Positions 32,521 to 41,542 of a DNA stretch of 64,000 bases are shown piece by piece; position 1 is the first letter of the stretch, and every line of letters begins with the position of its first letter. Origin of the DNA: Promethearchaeota archaeon (GTDB lineage: Archaea; Asgardarchaeota; Lokiarchaeia; Sigyniarchaeales; SOKP01); NCBI GenBank assembly GCA_011364925.1, contig RDOA01000011.1:25478-89477 (forward strand), given 5' to 3'. The notes below the pieces were generated by a model that had not been told where the DNA came from, ran no database searches, and saw nothing but the letters and a program-made list of their open reading frames with translations. The position numbers and the translations under genes are program-made.

Positions 32521-32790
32521 TTACGAATTCTTCACAATTTTCAGAACACCCTCAAGTATCCTACCAAAACTTATGATTTCATTGATACTTGCTCGGAAAG
32601 CAGTGATATCATTACTTTCAATCTGAAAAATTAAGGATTTTTCTTGTTTTTGCAAAGAAATTTTAGATCTTTTCGATTTTTGAATGTTGAATTCTGGTAA
32701 AAAAGAATTATACGAAATATTACATAAATCAGGATTTTTAAAAAGAATTTCAATTGTAGACTTGATTTTGAAAGAAGTATTTTTTTCCAT
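32521..32790 (-). CDS. pcc1: KEOPS subunit Pcc1
   Basis: IESNDITAFRASIN motif; lies between L37Ae and prefoldin. Confidence 0.85.
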   Translation of the reverse strand: MEKNTSFKIKSTIEILFKNPDLCNISYNSFLPEFNIQKSKRSKISLQKQEKSLIFQIESNDITAFRASINEIISFGRILEGVLKIVKNS

Positions 32791-33080
32791 TATTCTTCTG
32801 TAGTCTCAAGTTCTCGCTGCTTCCGTTTTGCTATTCTAAAGGATTCTGCACCACGAGGTGTTTGAGTATTATAAGCACCTCCAGTAAACTTTGCATTGCA
32901 TTTCTTGCAATACCATATACCCGTCGAAATTCTATTTATCGATCCTCTTGTTTCGCAACGAGGACATTTCAATTTTCCGCTTTTTTGATCTTCCATAACA
33001 AGGCGCCACTTTTTCCTTACATTGGCTCCGTAACGAGGTCCAAAAGTAGCAGAAATCCCAGTTTTTTTCGTTTTACCCAT
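32790..33080 (-). CDS. rpl37ae: 50S ribosomal protein L37Ae (eL43)
   Basis: FGPRYG, CPRC...GIWYCKKC, FTGGAY. Confidence 0.96.
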   Translation of the reverse strand: MGKTKKTGISATFGPRYGANVRKKWRLVMEDQKSGKLKCPRCETRGSINRISTGIWYCKKCNAKFTGGAYNTQTPRGAESFRIAKRKQRELETTEE

Positions 33081-33238
33081 TGAGATCACTTAGTCTTTTT
33101 CTTATATTCTGTTTAAATAAAAACTCAGATACACTTTAAATTTTTCTAATTAAGAAAAATTAGGTTTACTTAGAATTTAAATCAAGTTTAGATAAAAATT
33201 AAAATTTTAAAAAATATAATTTATTAGGATTGTTAATA

Positions 33239-34057
33239 TTAACGCTTATACTGCCACAGATTTAATTCTTTTATGATCTTCTTGGCGAGTTCCATAGATT
33301 TTTTGACTAACATTTCAATTTCTTCCATAGAAAAGGTAGCAGTGCCACTTTTTTGTATTGATGCTAATTTATTTTCAGTTACTGAGATGGAGAGCATTCC
33401 ATCGCAAACAAGTTCCTCTGGTAGACTAGGGTCTAAAAAGATCATATCACCTATTTTTCCATAGGTTACTACCATAGGCAATTCATTTACTATTGTTTCT
33501 CCGGTTAAATAATTACCTGTCCATTCGACGTTTCCATCAACCCACTTTCCTTCTGGAATTTGACTTGATATTAAAGCGCTTAAGGCACTTATTCCTCCCG
33601 CATCAATTAAATTTCCAGAATAGTTAATTACATATATATCCACGAATAAAATATATACCATTTCATTCTCTTTAATACATAACTTTTTCGTCTGGACACA
33701 ATCCGCATGGCGAATGCCTCGATCAACAACGCGTGCAAGTTCTATTGATTGTTCGTCTGGAGGACCTCTTTCAAATAGAGGAGATGCTAAGGGTAGTAAC
33801 TCTGCCATAAACGTACAAACACCTTCATTTGGTAGGTCAGGAAAAGGGGGGCCTACTTCGTATTTTAAACCAGTAATCACCTTTGTGTCCCCTAAAGTAA
33901 CTTCAGAAGAACCTTCTGCTGAAGTAATAACGTCACATTTTACGGTCCAATCTCTGTAATCCCAAAGACCTCTTCCATCAATCCTTTCACCTTTTTTTAA
34001 ATTGGAAAGAATATAATTCTTCTCAATTGTTGAAATCACTCGTTTTATATTCATCAT
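33239..34057 (-). CDS. rrp42: exosome complex component Rrp42
   Basis: RIDGR, AEGS, ELARVVDRGIR, GNLIDA. Confidence 0.95.
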   Translation of the reverse strand: MMNIKRVISTIEKNYILSNLKKGERIDGRGLWDYRDWTVKCDVITSAEGSSEVTLGDTKVITGLKYEVGPPFPDLPNEGVCTFMAELLPLASPLFERGPPDEQSIELARVVDRGIRHADCVQTKKLCIKENEMVYILFVDIYVINYSGNLIDAGGISALSALISSQIPEGKWVDGNVEWTGNYLTGETIVNELPMVVTYGKIGDMIFLDPSLPEELVCDGMLSISVTENKLASIQKSGTATFSMEEIEMLVKKSMELAKKIIKELNLWQYKR

Positions 34058-34821
34058 GCTCCTTTTTCTCCTCCTTTGTATTGTTCCTGTATATCTATAT
34101 ACTTCTTTTTAAGAGCTTCGAGTTGAATTTCATGAATTTTATTAAGAGCTTCTTTAGCTAAAACTAAACATTCACTAAACTCCTTGATATCCATAGTACC
34201 ATCGAATTGAAGTAATGACAATTCCTCGTTGAACCATGTAATGGCACAGGGAAGATCTGCTTCACCAGCTTTATCCTCTATTCCGGATAAATCAGTGATG
34301 AGTTCTCCATCGATTTTTCCCATAGCTACAGCACTTACTAAACTTCTCATAGGGATGCCTGCATCTGCAAGTGCTAAAGCTGCAACTGTAGTAGAAGCAC
34401 ATCTAGTTCCTCCATCTGCATCCATCACATTAATAAACACTTCAAAGGATGTACCGGGGTAAAGTTCTAGGAATAAAACTGGATCTAAACAGTCAGTTAC
34501 AACCATAGATATTTCTTTTTCCCTACGACCTGGAGCTGGACGTTTTCTTTCAAACACAGAAAAAGTCGCCATTCTATAAAAAACCCTTAGAATACCTTTA
34601 TCAGGTTTTGCTAAGTGGTGTGGATGAACTTCTCTAGGACCGTATACAGCAGCGTATATCTTATTATTACCCCATTCTAAATACGCTGAACCATCAGCGT
34701 TTTCTAATACTCCTACTTCCATTTTTATTGGTCTTAATTCGTGTTTATCTCGACCATCAAGTCTTTTCCCGTCTTCGCGAAATAACTTTTCTGGATACTC
34801 GTCTTTAATAATTAATGGCAT
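34054..34821 (-). CDS. rrp41: exosome complex component Rrp41
   Basis: RLDGR...ELRP, ADGSA, YGPRE, DGGTRCA, DAGIPM. Confidence 0.96.
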   Translation of the reverse strand: MPLIIKDEYPEKLFREDGKRLDGRDKHELRPIKMEVGVLENADGSAYLEWGNNKIYAAVYGPREVHPHHLAKPDKGILRVFYRMATFSVFERKRPAPGRREKEISMVVTDCLDPVLFLELYPGTSFEVFINVMDADGGTRCASTTVAALALADAGIPMRSLVSAVAMGKIDGELITDLSGIEDKAGEADLPCAITWFNEELSLLQFDGTMDIKEFSECLVLAKEALNKIHEIQLEALKKKYIDIQEQYKGGEKGA

Positions 34822-35631
34822 TTAATTTATACCTCTTATCTTTTTTTCATTTTCAATATATACAGACATTCGGTCTGTTAAACCAACAGTATGAGCTTCT
34901 CGTTCAATTTTTTTAATAGCATCAATTAGCAATCTCTCGTGAGCAATATCGCCTCCTTTTAACCATATTCGACCATTCTGAGTCACAAAGATATTGCAAT
35001 TAGTCAAATTCTTTAACATTTTAATCATAGATCCACTACGTCCAATTACTCTTGGTATTTTGGGAGGATCAATTGAGATGACCAATCCATCTCGCCTTTT
35101 ACCTAAATATTTGCCTACTGTAGTTAATTCTGGTGCGTTTAGCCTGTCTGCTGATAATACCTTAACGATTAATATATCTCCAACCTCATATTTCTCGGTT
35201 GAGTCATCTTGATGATTTGGTGCTCCACCTCTAAAACCTCTAGGTTTTCCTCTTTTAACGGTGTTCTTTGGTTTCAAAATTCCTTCCTCTTTCGCGTTTA
35301 TATCACAAATATATTTGACTGGATTTTTATCAAGAACTAATGCTATTATTTTATCTCCCGGTCTGGGTGTATAAAACCCCCTTAGCGGAATAACATTTAT
35401 ATAATTTTTTTTAACTTGTTTTAATCCAATATTTAAAGAAATTATTTTTGTTCTCTCGCTATTAAAAATAGTCCCTCTTCCAGGGAGGAAATTTTCAGTA
35501 TCTTCTGTTAAAATTTCACCGGGGACTACAAGATCCCGAGTTGTTTCATCATCGTCAAATTCATCGATTTCCTCATCTTCGTTATCTTCAGTAGTAGGTT
35601 CTTCAGTAGAATCATCTTGGTCATTTTCCAT
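34822..35631 (-). CDS. rrp4: exosome RNA-binding protein Rrp4
   Basis: VVPGE, S1 domain, KH motif PRVIGRSGSM, NGRIW, AHTVGLTDR. Confidence 0.95.
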   Translation of the reverse strand: MENDQDDSTEEPTTEDNEDEEIDEFDDDETTRDLVVPGEILTEDTENFLPGRGTIFNSERTKIISLNIGLKQVKKNYINVIPLRGFYTPRPGDKIIALVLDKNPVKYICDINAKEEGILKPKNTVKRGKPRGFRGGAPNHQDDSTEKYEVGDILIVKVLSADRLNAPELTTVGKYLGKRRDGLVISIDPPKIPRVIGRSGSMIKMLKNLTNCNIFVTQNGRIWLKGGDIAHERLLIDAIKKIEREAHTVGLTDRMSVYIENEKKIRGIN

Positions 35632-35722
35632 TTATTTTCACTCTCATATTGTAATTAATGTATACACTTAACCATATTTGTAAAAAAATATCATCAATAA
35701 AAACTAGCTAAATGTTTTCTGA

Positions 35723-36514
35723 TTAGGATTTCATAAGCTTTGTTTGAACTCTTCCATGAGTTAACTTATTCAATTTATCTATTAATTCCATTTGTAAACC
35801 AGCAGGTAAAGTTACAACTGATACCCATGATCCGTCTGATTGCCACTCCTCTTTTTTAATCTGAGCTAATTGCGCTACAATATTGTATCCCTTTGCCGTA
35901 AAGTCCGAAGGAATTTTTAGCGCAAGTTCAATTTGTTCCATCCTAATAGGTATGATGGCACGTATTTGTTTAACAACATCCTCTACTTGTTCTTCTGCAT
36001 TCCTCATTAAGTCAATTTTAACTTTTGCTTCTTCGATAGCTTTTTCTATTCTCTGATAGGGGTGTGGTTTATTGTTTTGAGGATTAATCGCATTTTTTGT
36101 AATAATTGTAATAATCTGCTTCAACTTTTTCTCTTTTTCTTCTTCTCTTTGCGTTCGAGTCCATTGAATCTCTCCATCTAATAAAATATAACTTGCGATA
36201 ATTCTTCCTTCATTCGTATTAAAAACAGCTTCCATATCACCGTCAGTAGCTTTCTTCCCTCTTCTCAAATCCTCAAAAACGATAAAGCTTTCAAAAATTA
36301 GTTCTAATGAGATTTGAGGAATTTTTAAAAGTTCATTAACAGAAATACGAGATTTTTCTTTTCCTTCTGCAAGACGTTTATTGATTTCTTCGCGAATGAT
36401 CTTTTTAGCTTCCCATGCTTTATCTGGCGCGAGTAACATCTCGAACGTTCGACCTTCTTTTTCTATCCGTCCAATGATGAAACCGCCCAAATCTATCCTT
36501 GCTCTGTCTATCAT
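35723..36514 (-). CDS. ribosome assembly factor SBDS/Sdo1
   Basis: INPQNNKPHPYQRIEKA, IPIR, EEW..DGSW, PAGLQ. Confidence 0.95.
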   Translation of the reverse strand: MIDRARIDLGGFIIGRIEKEGRTFEMLLAPDKAWEAKKIIREEINKRLAEGKEKSRISVNELLKIPQISLELIFESFIVFEDLRRGKKATDGDMEAVFNTNEGRIIASYILLDGEIQWTRTQREEEKEKKLKQIITIITKNAINPQNNKPHPYQRIEKAIEEAKVKIDLMRNAEEQVEDVVKQIRAIIPIRMEQIELALKIPSDFTAKGYNIVAQLAQIKKEEWQSDGSWVSVVTLPAGLQMELIDKLNKLTHGRVQTKLMKS

Positions 36515-36629
36515 CGTAATTCTCTCTAACTAGTGGATAAAATTATCGCGTTTCTCTTCGTATTTTGCCTTCTATTATAAGATAAACGTTAAAGGGGTTT
36601 AACCTTGATTTCTAAAAATGTCTGGATGA

Positions 36630-37346
36630 TTATATTTTAGCAAGTAATTCTTCTTTTTCTTGATCATTTAACAATTTAAATTTCGCATCGTCTTTCATAA
36701 TGAATGCTACATCGCATGTATCTTTACTTAAATTCTCTCCCATTAGTTCCTTTAGAGTCCTTAACGGCAATAACTTTAATTCTTCATCACTAATATCTTC
36801 TTTATAATTTTCTTCAAGGAAGGTTCTTGCTTCAGTCGCTCCAGACCCAATAGCAAAAGCTTTATATCCCCACATAGCTCCACTTGGATCTGTTAGATAC
36901 AAGGAAGCCTTTCCATTGGTATCGACTCCAGCTATAAGGAAGCTAACCCCAAAGGGACGCACCCCCGCATTCTGAGTAAAAAGTTGTAGATATTCACAAA
37001 TATTAAGTGTGCTATCTTTAACAGATATTTTTTCATCATAATTCAAAATATTAACTTGTGCTTGGACGCGAGCTCTATCAACTAGGACTCTTGCGTCTGC
37101 TGTTAAACCGGCAATAGCCACACCTATGTGATCGTCAACTTTAAAAATTTTCTCAGAACCAACCACTTCTTGGAGTTCTGAACTTTTTTTCTCTACAGTA
37201 AATACAACAGATTTATTATTTCTACATACAATAGCCGTTGTTCCTCTCCTCACGGCTTCTATGGCATATTCAACCTGAAAAAGACGACCCTCAGGGGAAA
37301 ACTGAGTTATCGCCATATCATAGCCTCTTCCTGCTTGCTGGAACAT
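36630..37346 (-). CDS. psmA: 20S proteasome alpha subunit
   Basis: YDMAITQFSPEGRLFQVEYA, RPFGVS, DPSG, AIGSG. Confidence 0.97.
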   Translation of the reverse strand: MFQQAGRGYDMAITQFSPEGRLFQVEYAIEAVRRGTTAIVCRNNKSVVFTVEKKSSELQEVVGSEKIFKVDDHIGVAIAGLTADARVLVDRARVQAQVNILNYDEKISVKDSTLNICEYLQLFTQNAGVRPFGVSFLIAGVDTNGKASLYLTDPSGAMWGYKAFAIGSGATEARTFLEENYKEDISDEELKLLPLRTLKELMGENLSKDTCDVAFIMKDDAKFKLLNDQEKEELLAKI

Positions 37347-37524
37347 AATTCTCTCCTAATAGAATTTTTAATTTATTTTTATTACATATATTTTTTTACT
37401 TTTTTAATAAACAAATAATCAATAAAATTTATATTTTGTCTAAATAAACTATAACCTTTCTTGTAAGTGTTAACGGATTAAAGTACAAAAATAATTGAGA
37501 GAAAATTGGGTTAAATCGATTAAT

Positions 37525-37908
37525 TTACGCCCACGCAACCTTATTAATAAAAATAGACCATTCGAGTACAATTAAACCTTCATCTCTAGTGTGAGCTATT
37601 AGATAAACTCCTTCTTTCGTAATCGAACCAACAATATTTCCCTTACCACCAACTATATTCTTAGCAGCTAATTGTATTTCATCGTTTTTCAATATAGCAT
37701 ATCTAGAATTTTGAAACATCAAAGCAGATTCTTTTTCCTTCCATGCTTTTAGAATTGCTTTAGCTTCTTCGTTTGAGAACTCAAAATCTTCGGATTTAAA
37801 GAGTATGTTACCTTCAGAATCTAATGCAAATATTTCTTCCATCCCTTCAAATTCATGTAATTCATTAACTAAATAATCAAAACGTCGTTGTTCCATGGCT
37901 TGTATCAT
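37525..37908 (-). CDS. profilin-like protein
   Basis: 127 aa; IFALDSEGNILF and LMFQNSRYAIL...KNIVGGKGNIV resemble the Asgard profilin pattern (recalled, not searched). Confidence 0.6.
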   Translation of the reverse strand: MIQAMEQRRFDYLVNELHEFEGMEEIFALDSEGNILFKSEDFEFSNEEAKAILKAWKEKESALMFQNSRYAILKNDEIQLAAKNIVGGKGNIVGSITKEGVYLIAHTRDEGLIVLEWSIFINKVAWA

Positions 37909-38065
37909 AAACTTCTTATGGTTTTATTTAGAGGATTATAAAATTACAACAATTTAAATTTATTTAGAACGAAATAAGCGAAATATTTGATTTGATTTGA
38001 AAAACGAGAAATTTTAGATTAAAGAAATTATTATAAAAGTTATACATTAACTCCTATAATATTGA

Positions 38066-38857
38066 ATGTTCATGGTGAAAAGCTTAGTTCTCTCTGATAA
38101 AATCTACAATGGCTTTATAAAAAGAAATAAAGATGATATTTCGGTTAGATATCTCAAATACTTAAACGAAATGACCCAGAGTTTTTCTAATACAAAGATC
38201 AAAATAAAAAAATTACGCCAATTTGATAATCGTTTTGAGATTCTAATCTCTGGTCCAGAAGAAATCTTCATCTTTAATATGCTCAAGAAAAAAGTAGGAA
38301 CTATTATTGATTTTGATGAAATTGAGATTGGAAAAGTATATAAAGGAGTTATGGGAGATGTAGGGAAGGTAGGGTTCGGAATCTTCGTAGATTGTGGTAT
38401 TCTAAATCCAAAAGTCGATGTATTACTCAATCTTTACGATTTACGCACCCAGTTATGTAAAGCCAGACCTATGTCAATAACGGAAGTAATAAATGCATAC
38501 GATTTTATCGATCAATTTCCTGTATTTGTTAAAGTTACCTCAATTAATAAAGAAAAGAAGCAAATTCAAGGTAAATTAGATCAACAAACCTTAGGTTTAT
38601 ATGAAAAATTAATTGATGAGAATCTTGAAGCAGTTTTTATGAGTGGAGATACAAAAGGTCAATTGAAAAAAGCTATTGTAAAATCGGGACATTCTAGGGA
38701 TGTAGTTTCAATAGATCGATATGGTTTTCTCGAAAACATCGTAATACTACAGGAGAATACGACAGCTCCTGGAATTATTGCAGAAATTGGGAAATACCTT
38801 AAGAACTGCAATTTAAGCGCTATACGCCCCAAAAGAATTAAAATGCTATTTTTATAA
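38066..38857 (+). CDS. DUF2110-family S1-like domain protein
   Basis: GKVGFGIFVDCG, GHSRDV...LE, APGII motifs. Confidence 0.75.
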   Translation: MFMVKSLVLSDKIYNGFIKRNKDDISVRYLKYLNEMTQSFSNTKIKIKKLRQFDNRFEILISGPEEIFIFNMLKKKVGTIIDFDEIEIGKVYKGVMGDVGKVGFGIFVDCGILNPKVDVLLNLYDLRTQLCKARPMSITEVINAYDFIDQFPVFVKVTSINKEKKQIQGKLDQQTLGLYEKLIDENLEAVFMSGDTKGQLKKAIVKSGHSRDVVSIDRYGFLENIVILQENTTAPGIIAEIGKYLKNCNLSAIRPKRIKMLFL

Positions 38858-38867
38858 AGATAGAGTA

Positions 38868-38998
38868 TGGTGGGCCCAGGGAGGTTTGAACTCCCGACCT
38901 TCTCGGTGTATTCTCGGATATGAATAAATCATAACATATTAGCGAGACGTATATTATTCAATCCTAAAATTGAATCATAACCACTAGACCATGGGCCC
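38868..38998 (-). tRNA. tRNA-Val(UAC) with two introns (23/24: 38975-38951; 33/34: 38940-38911), CCA encoded
   Basis: Spliced 76-nt cloverleaf GGGCCCA...TCTCG-CTTACAC-CGAGA...TGGGCCC-ACCA; BHB central helices GTTA/TAAT and CTCG/CGAG. Confidence 0.88.
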
Positions 38999-39134
38999 TT
39001 TTTTTGGGCTATTTAAAATAATTATTTTACATTTAATTAATTTTTTAATTAGTACAATTGCTTTAAGACTTTTTCAGTATAAAAATTACAAAATTCATTC
39101 TCGATTTTAAAGTATTATCTTATTAAATAAAAAG

Positions 39135-39236
39135 CGCAATCGGAGGGATTTGAACCCTCGCATCCGTTGGACACCGGATTAGCAATCCGGCGCTTTTGGC
39201 ACGCTCAAGCGTTCTACCAAGCTAAGCGACGATTGC
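39135..39236 (-). tRNA. tRNA-Ser(GCU) with 19-nt D-arm intron (22/23: 39213-39195)
   Basis: GCAATCG/CGATTGC acceptor, CCGGA-TTGCTAA-TCCGG, long variable arm, G73; central helix TGGT/GCCA. Confidence 0.92.
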
Positions 39237-39508
39237 TTGTTCTTGAATTGATCTTCAAGTGCTATATTCTGTATATAAAAATTTAAAATTTTAATACTTT
39301 TTCATTGAAGTGAACAATCCAAATTAAAGAAAAAAGAATCGAAAAATTACTATCTTTCTCTGTATGTAACTTCGAATCTGGGCTGATATTTTTTGTTTTA
39401 ATAAATAATAGTTTTGAGGTTAAAATCAAAATAATACCAGAAAACTCTATAGGGTACGTATATTAACCTATTTATAATCAAGTGTCCATAAATAACCTGG
39501 ATTAAATG

Positions 39509-39991
39509 CTATTCTTGGATAATTTCAAAAACCATTTTCTCAATTAAAGGTTTCTTTGTGTAGCGCTTATCGTAATACCAACCCACTAAATGACCCTCTA
39601 AATCTTTTTCAGGTATATTCGGAATTATAATGATCATTACTCCATTTGAAAGATATTTCAATATTCTTTTATCAATTTGGTGCAATTTATCGTTCCCTGA
39701 TGGATGAGTGTGTGCTTGCCATACGATATCAACTCCAAGTTCTTGTTTAAACTTCCGCATATTATAGATCTTCGACTTCTTATATCGCATCCAACTCCTT
39801 GGTTTTACATGAGATTTAGATTTTCTTAAATCTGGATTGATGATAAACTTATTAACAATTCCGAAGTTTTCTTTACGATCTGCAAAAATCCAGTAGTGTT
39901 CTATATTTGGATAAACCTCTGCAGCTTTCTGAGTTATTTCTTTAAATATTCGATCTGGTATTAAATACCTAAAATTTTTTGCCCCATTCAT
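39509..39991 (-). CDS. JAB/MPN (JAMM)-domain protein
   Basis: YPNIEHYW (Glu) and AHTHP-x6-HQID metal motif. Confidence 0.75.
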   Translation of the reverse strand: MNGAKNFRYLIPDRIFKEITQKAAEVYPNIEHYWIFADRKENFGIVNKFIINPDLRKSKSHVKPRSWMRYKKSKIYNMRKFKQELGVDIVWQAHTHPSGNDKLHQIDKRILKYLSNGVMIIIIPNIPEKDLEGHLVGWYYDKRYTKKPLIEKMVFEIIQE

Positions 39992-40161
39992 TTTTACATT
40001 AGCTCAATTACGAGTCAATGAAACATAAAATTTATATTTTTCTTATATATATCGTCCTAAGGTACGAAATATAAGAGAAAAATAAAAAAAAATTTATTTT
40101 ATTAAAAATAATCTACTTTAATACTTAGATCGCATTTTAAAAAAATAATAAACATTAATAG

Positions 40162-40262
40162 GCACCTGTAGCCTAGTGGTAAGACGCTGGCCTTGAGTGC
40201 GTATTATTATCAAGTAAGCCAGTGCGCGTAAGCGCTCGGGGGTTCAAATCCCTCCAGGTGCG
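40162..40262 (+). tRNA. tRNA-Ser(UGA) with canonical 37/38 intron (40198-40216)
   Basis: GCACCTG/CAGGTGC, CTGGC-CTTGAG[intron]A-GCCAG, long variable arm; central helix CTTG/CAAG. Confidence 0.92.
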
Positions 40263-40287
40263 TTTTAAAATGTGAATCATGTAGAAT

Positions 40288-40391
40288 GGGCTATTAGCGC
40301 AGTCAGGTAGCGCATCCGGCTCTTAACCGGCAGGTCGGGGGTTCGATACACTTAATCAGAGTCGTTGAGTGCGGAATTCCCTCATAGCCCG
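40288..40391 (+). tRNA. tRNA-Lys(CUU) with 30-nt T-loop intron (59/60: 40348-40377)
   Basis: GGGCTAT/ATAGCCC, loop CTCTTAA; central helix TTCG/CGGA; splicing restores the TTCGATT loop. Confidence 0.92.
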
Positions 40392-40431
40392 TTAAATTCT
40401 TCTTTTTCCAGTCTTTCAGTTTAATAAAAAG

Positions 40432-41367
40432 TTATTTTAAATACTGAAAAATAACTTCAAAATCTGAAAAATCGAATGGTTTTAAGATATATCCATCAGC
40501 ATGGCTATCCTTTAAATTTTTTTCTACTTCCGAGCCAGGGATCGCTGTTAACAAATAAACTGCAATTTTATGAAGGTCTTTGTTTGCTTTAATCTGTTTA
40601 CAGATTTCATAACCACTATAATCAGGTAGTATAATATCTAACAGAATAAGTTTTGGTGGATTATTTGCTACTTCTTCTAAACCTTTAGAACCGCTTATTA
40701 CTCCTTTGCAGGTATACCCTTTGCTTTCGAAATAACTCGTGAGTAAACGAATAGTCGCTAAATCGTCTTCGATGAGTAATATATCGTATTGAGTAGTCTC
40801 CGTCTTTATATTATCAAGAATATTTATTATTTTTTTTTCTAACAGCAAGGACTGGTTAAAAATATTCTGGATGGTGGTAAAAACTTCCTCTTCTATCTCA
40901 TCTTTATAATTTTCAATTAGAAGTTGGGAAAACCCTTTAATTGATGTCAATGGTTCCTTCAAAGCATGGGATATGCTAGTTAGAGTCTGATCGTCTAGTT
41001 TTTGCATATCATCGTTAATATTCCTAGATTTCTGTTTTATAAAGTAATTCACACTTTCTCTTATGAGTTTTGAGATCGTATTGTAATCATCTTTATGGGC
41101 ATTAATAAATTCACTCCATTCTTCTTTCGTATCGTCTGAAACATATAAGGAAATCCGTTCCTTCTCTCTATCGTAAATCTTTTCTCCGCGTAACCAATTT
41201 AAAAAACCAGTTGTGACATTCTCTCTCCATATGGCGAATTTGCCAGTTTCTTCACGGTATTGCTCCATGAGTTTTTTTGCCATCTCACTCTCCAAATCTA
41301 GATTTTCAATTTCTTCTTCTGAGAGTTTTGGTAATGAATTGTTGTCTTTTTCGTTTGAATTAGTGAT
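40432..41367 (-). CDS. RHH-HisKA(DHp)-receiver fusion protein, paralog 1 (start ATC 41367 or GTG 41376)
   Basis: KERISLYVSDDTKEEW...TISKLIRESV (RHH-like), SHALKEPLTSIKG (H-box), REC domain with IEDD, LLDIILPD, LLTA, ILKPF; no HATPase domain. Confidence 0.85.
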   Translation of the reverse strand: MTNSNEKDNNSLPKLSEEEIENLDLESEMAKKLMEQYREETGKFAIWRENVTTGFLNWLRGEKIYDREKERISLYVSDDTKEEWSEFINAHKDDYNTISKLIRESVNYFIKQKSRNINDDMQKLDDQTLTSISHALKEPLTSIKGFSQLLIENYKDEIEEEVFTTIQNIFNQSLLLEKKIINILDNIKTETTQYDILLIEDDLATIRLLTSYFESKGYTCKGVISGSKGLEEVANNPPKLILLDIILPDYSGYEICKQIKANKDLHKIAVYLLTAIPGSEVEKNLKDSHADGYILKPFDFSDFEVIFQYLK

Positions 41368-41542
41368 CTTTAACACCTTTCGTTATTTGTACTACTGCTT
41401 TAATTCAAATTGTGATTGATATCTTCGAAATTTCATGTATAAATAATAAATGTCAATATAAATAATTTTACACAAAAAATAAATCTATTTATTATAAATT
41501 TTCAAAACCAAAAAATTTTGAACGCAATTTTAGTTTTTGTTA

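Noticed and set aside
38868-38998. tRNA-Ile(AAU) or tRNA-Val(AAC) reading
   Set aside because: The 37/38 parse gives no BHB, whereas the 33/34 junction gives a perfect central helix and yields UAC in a Val-type body
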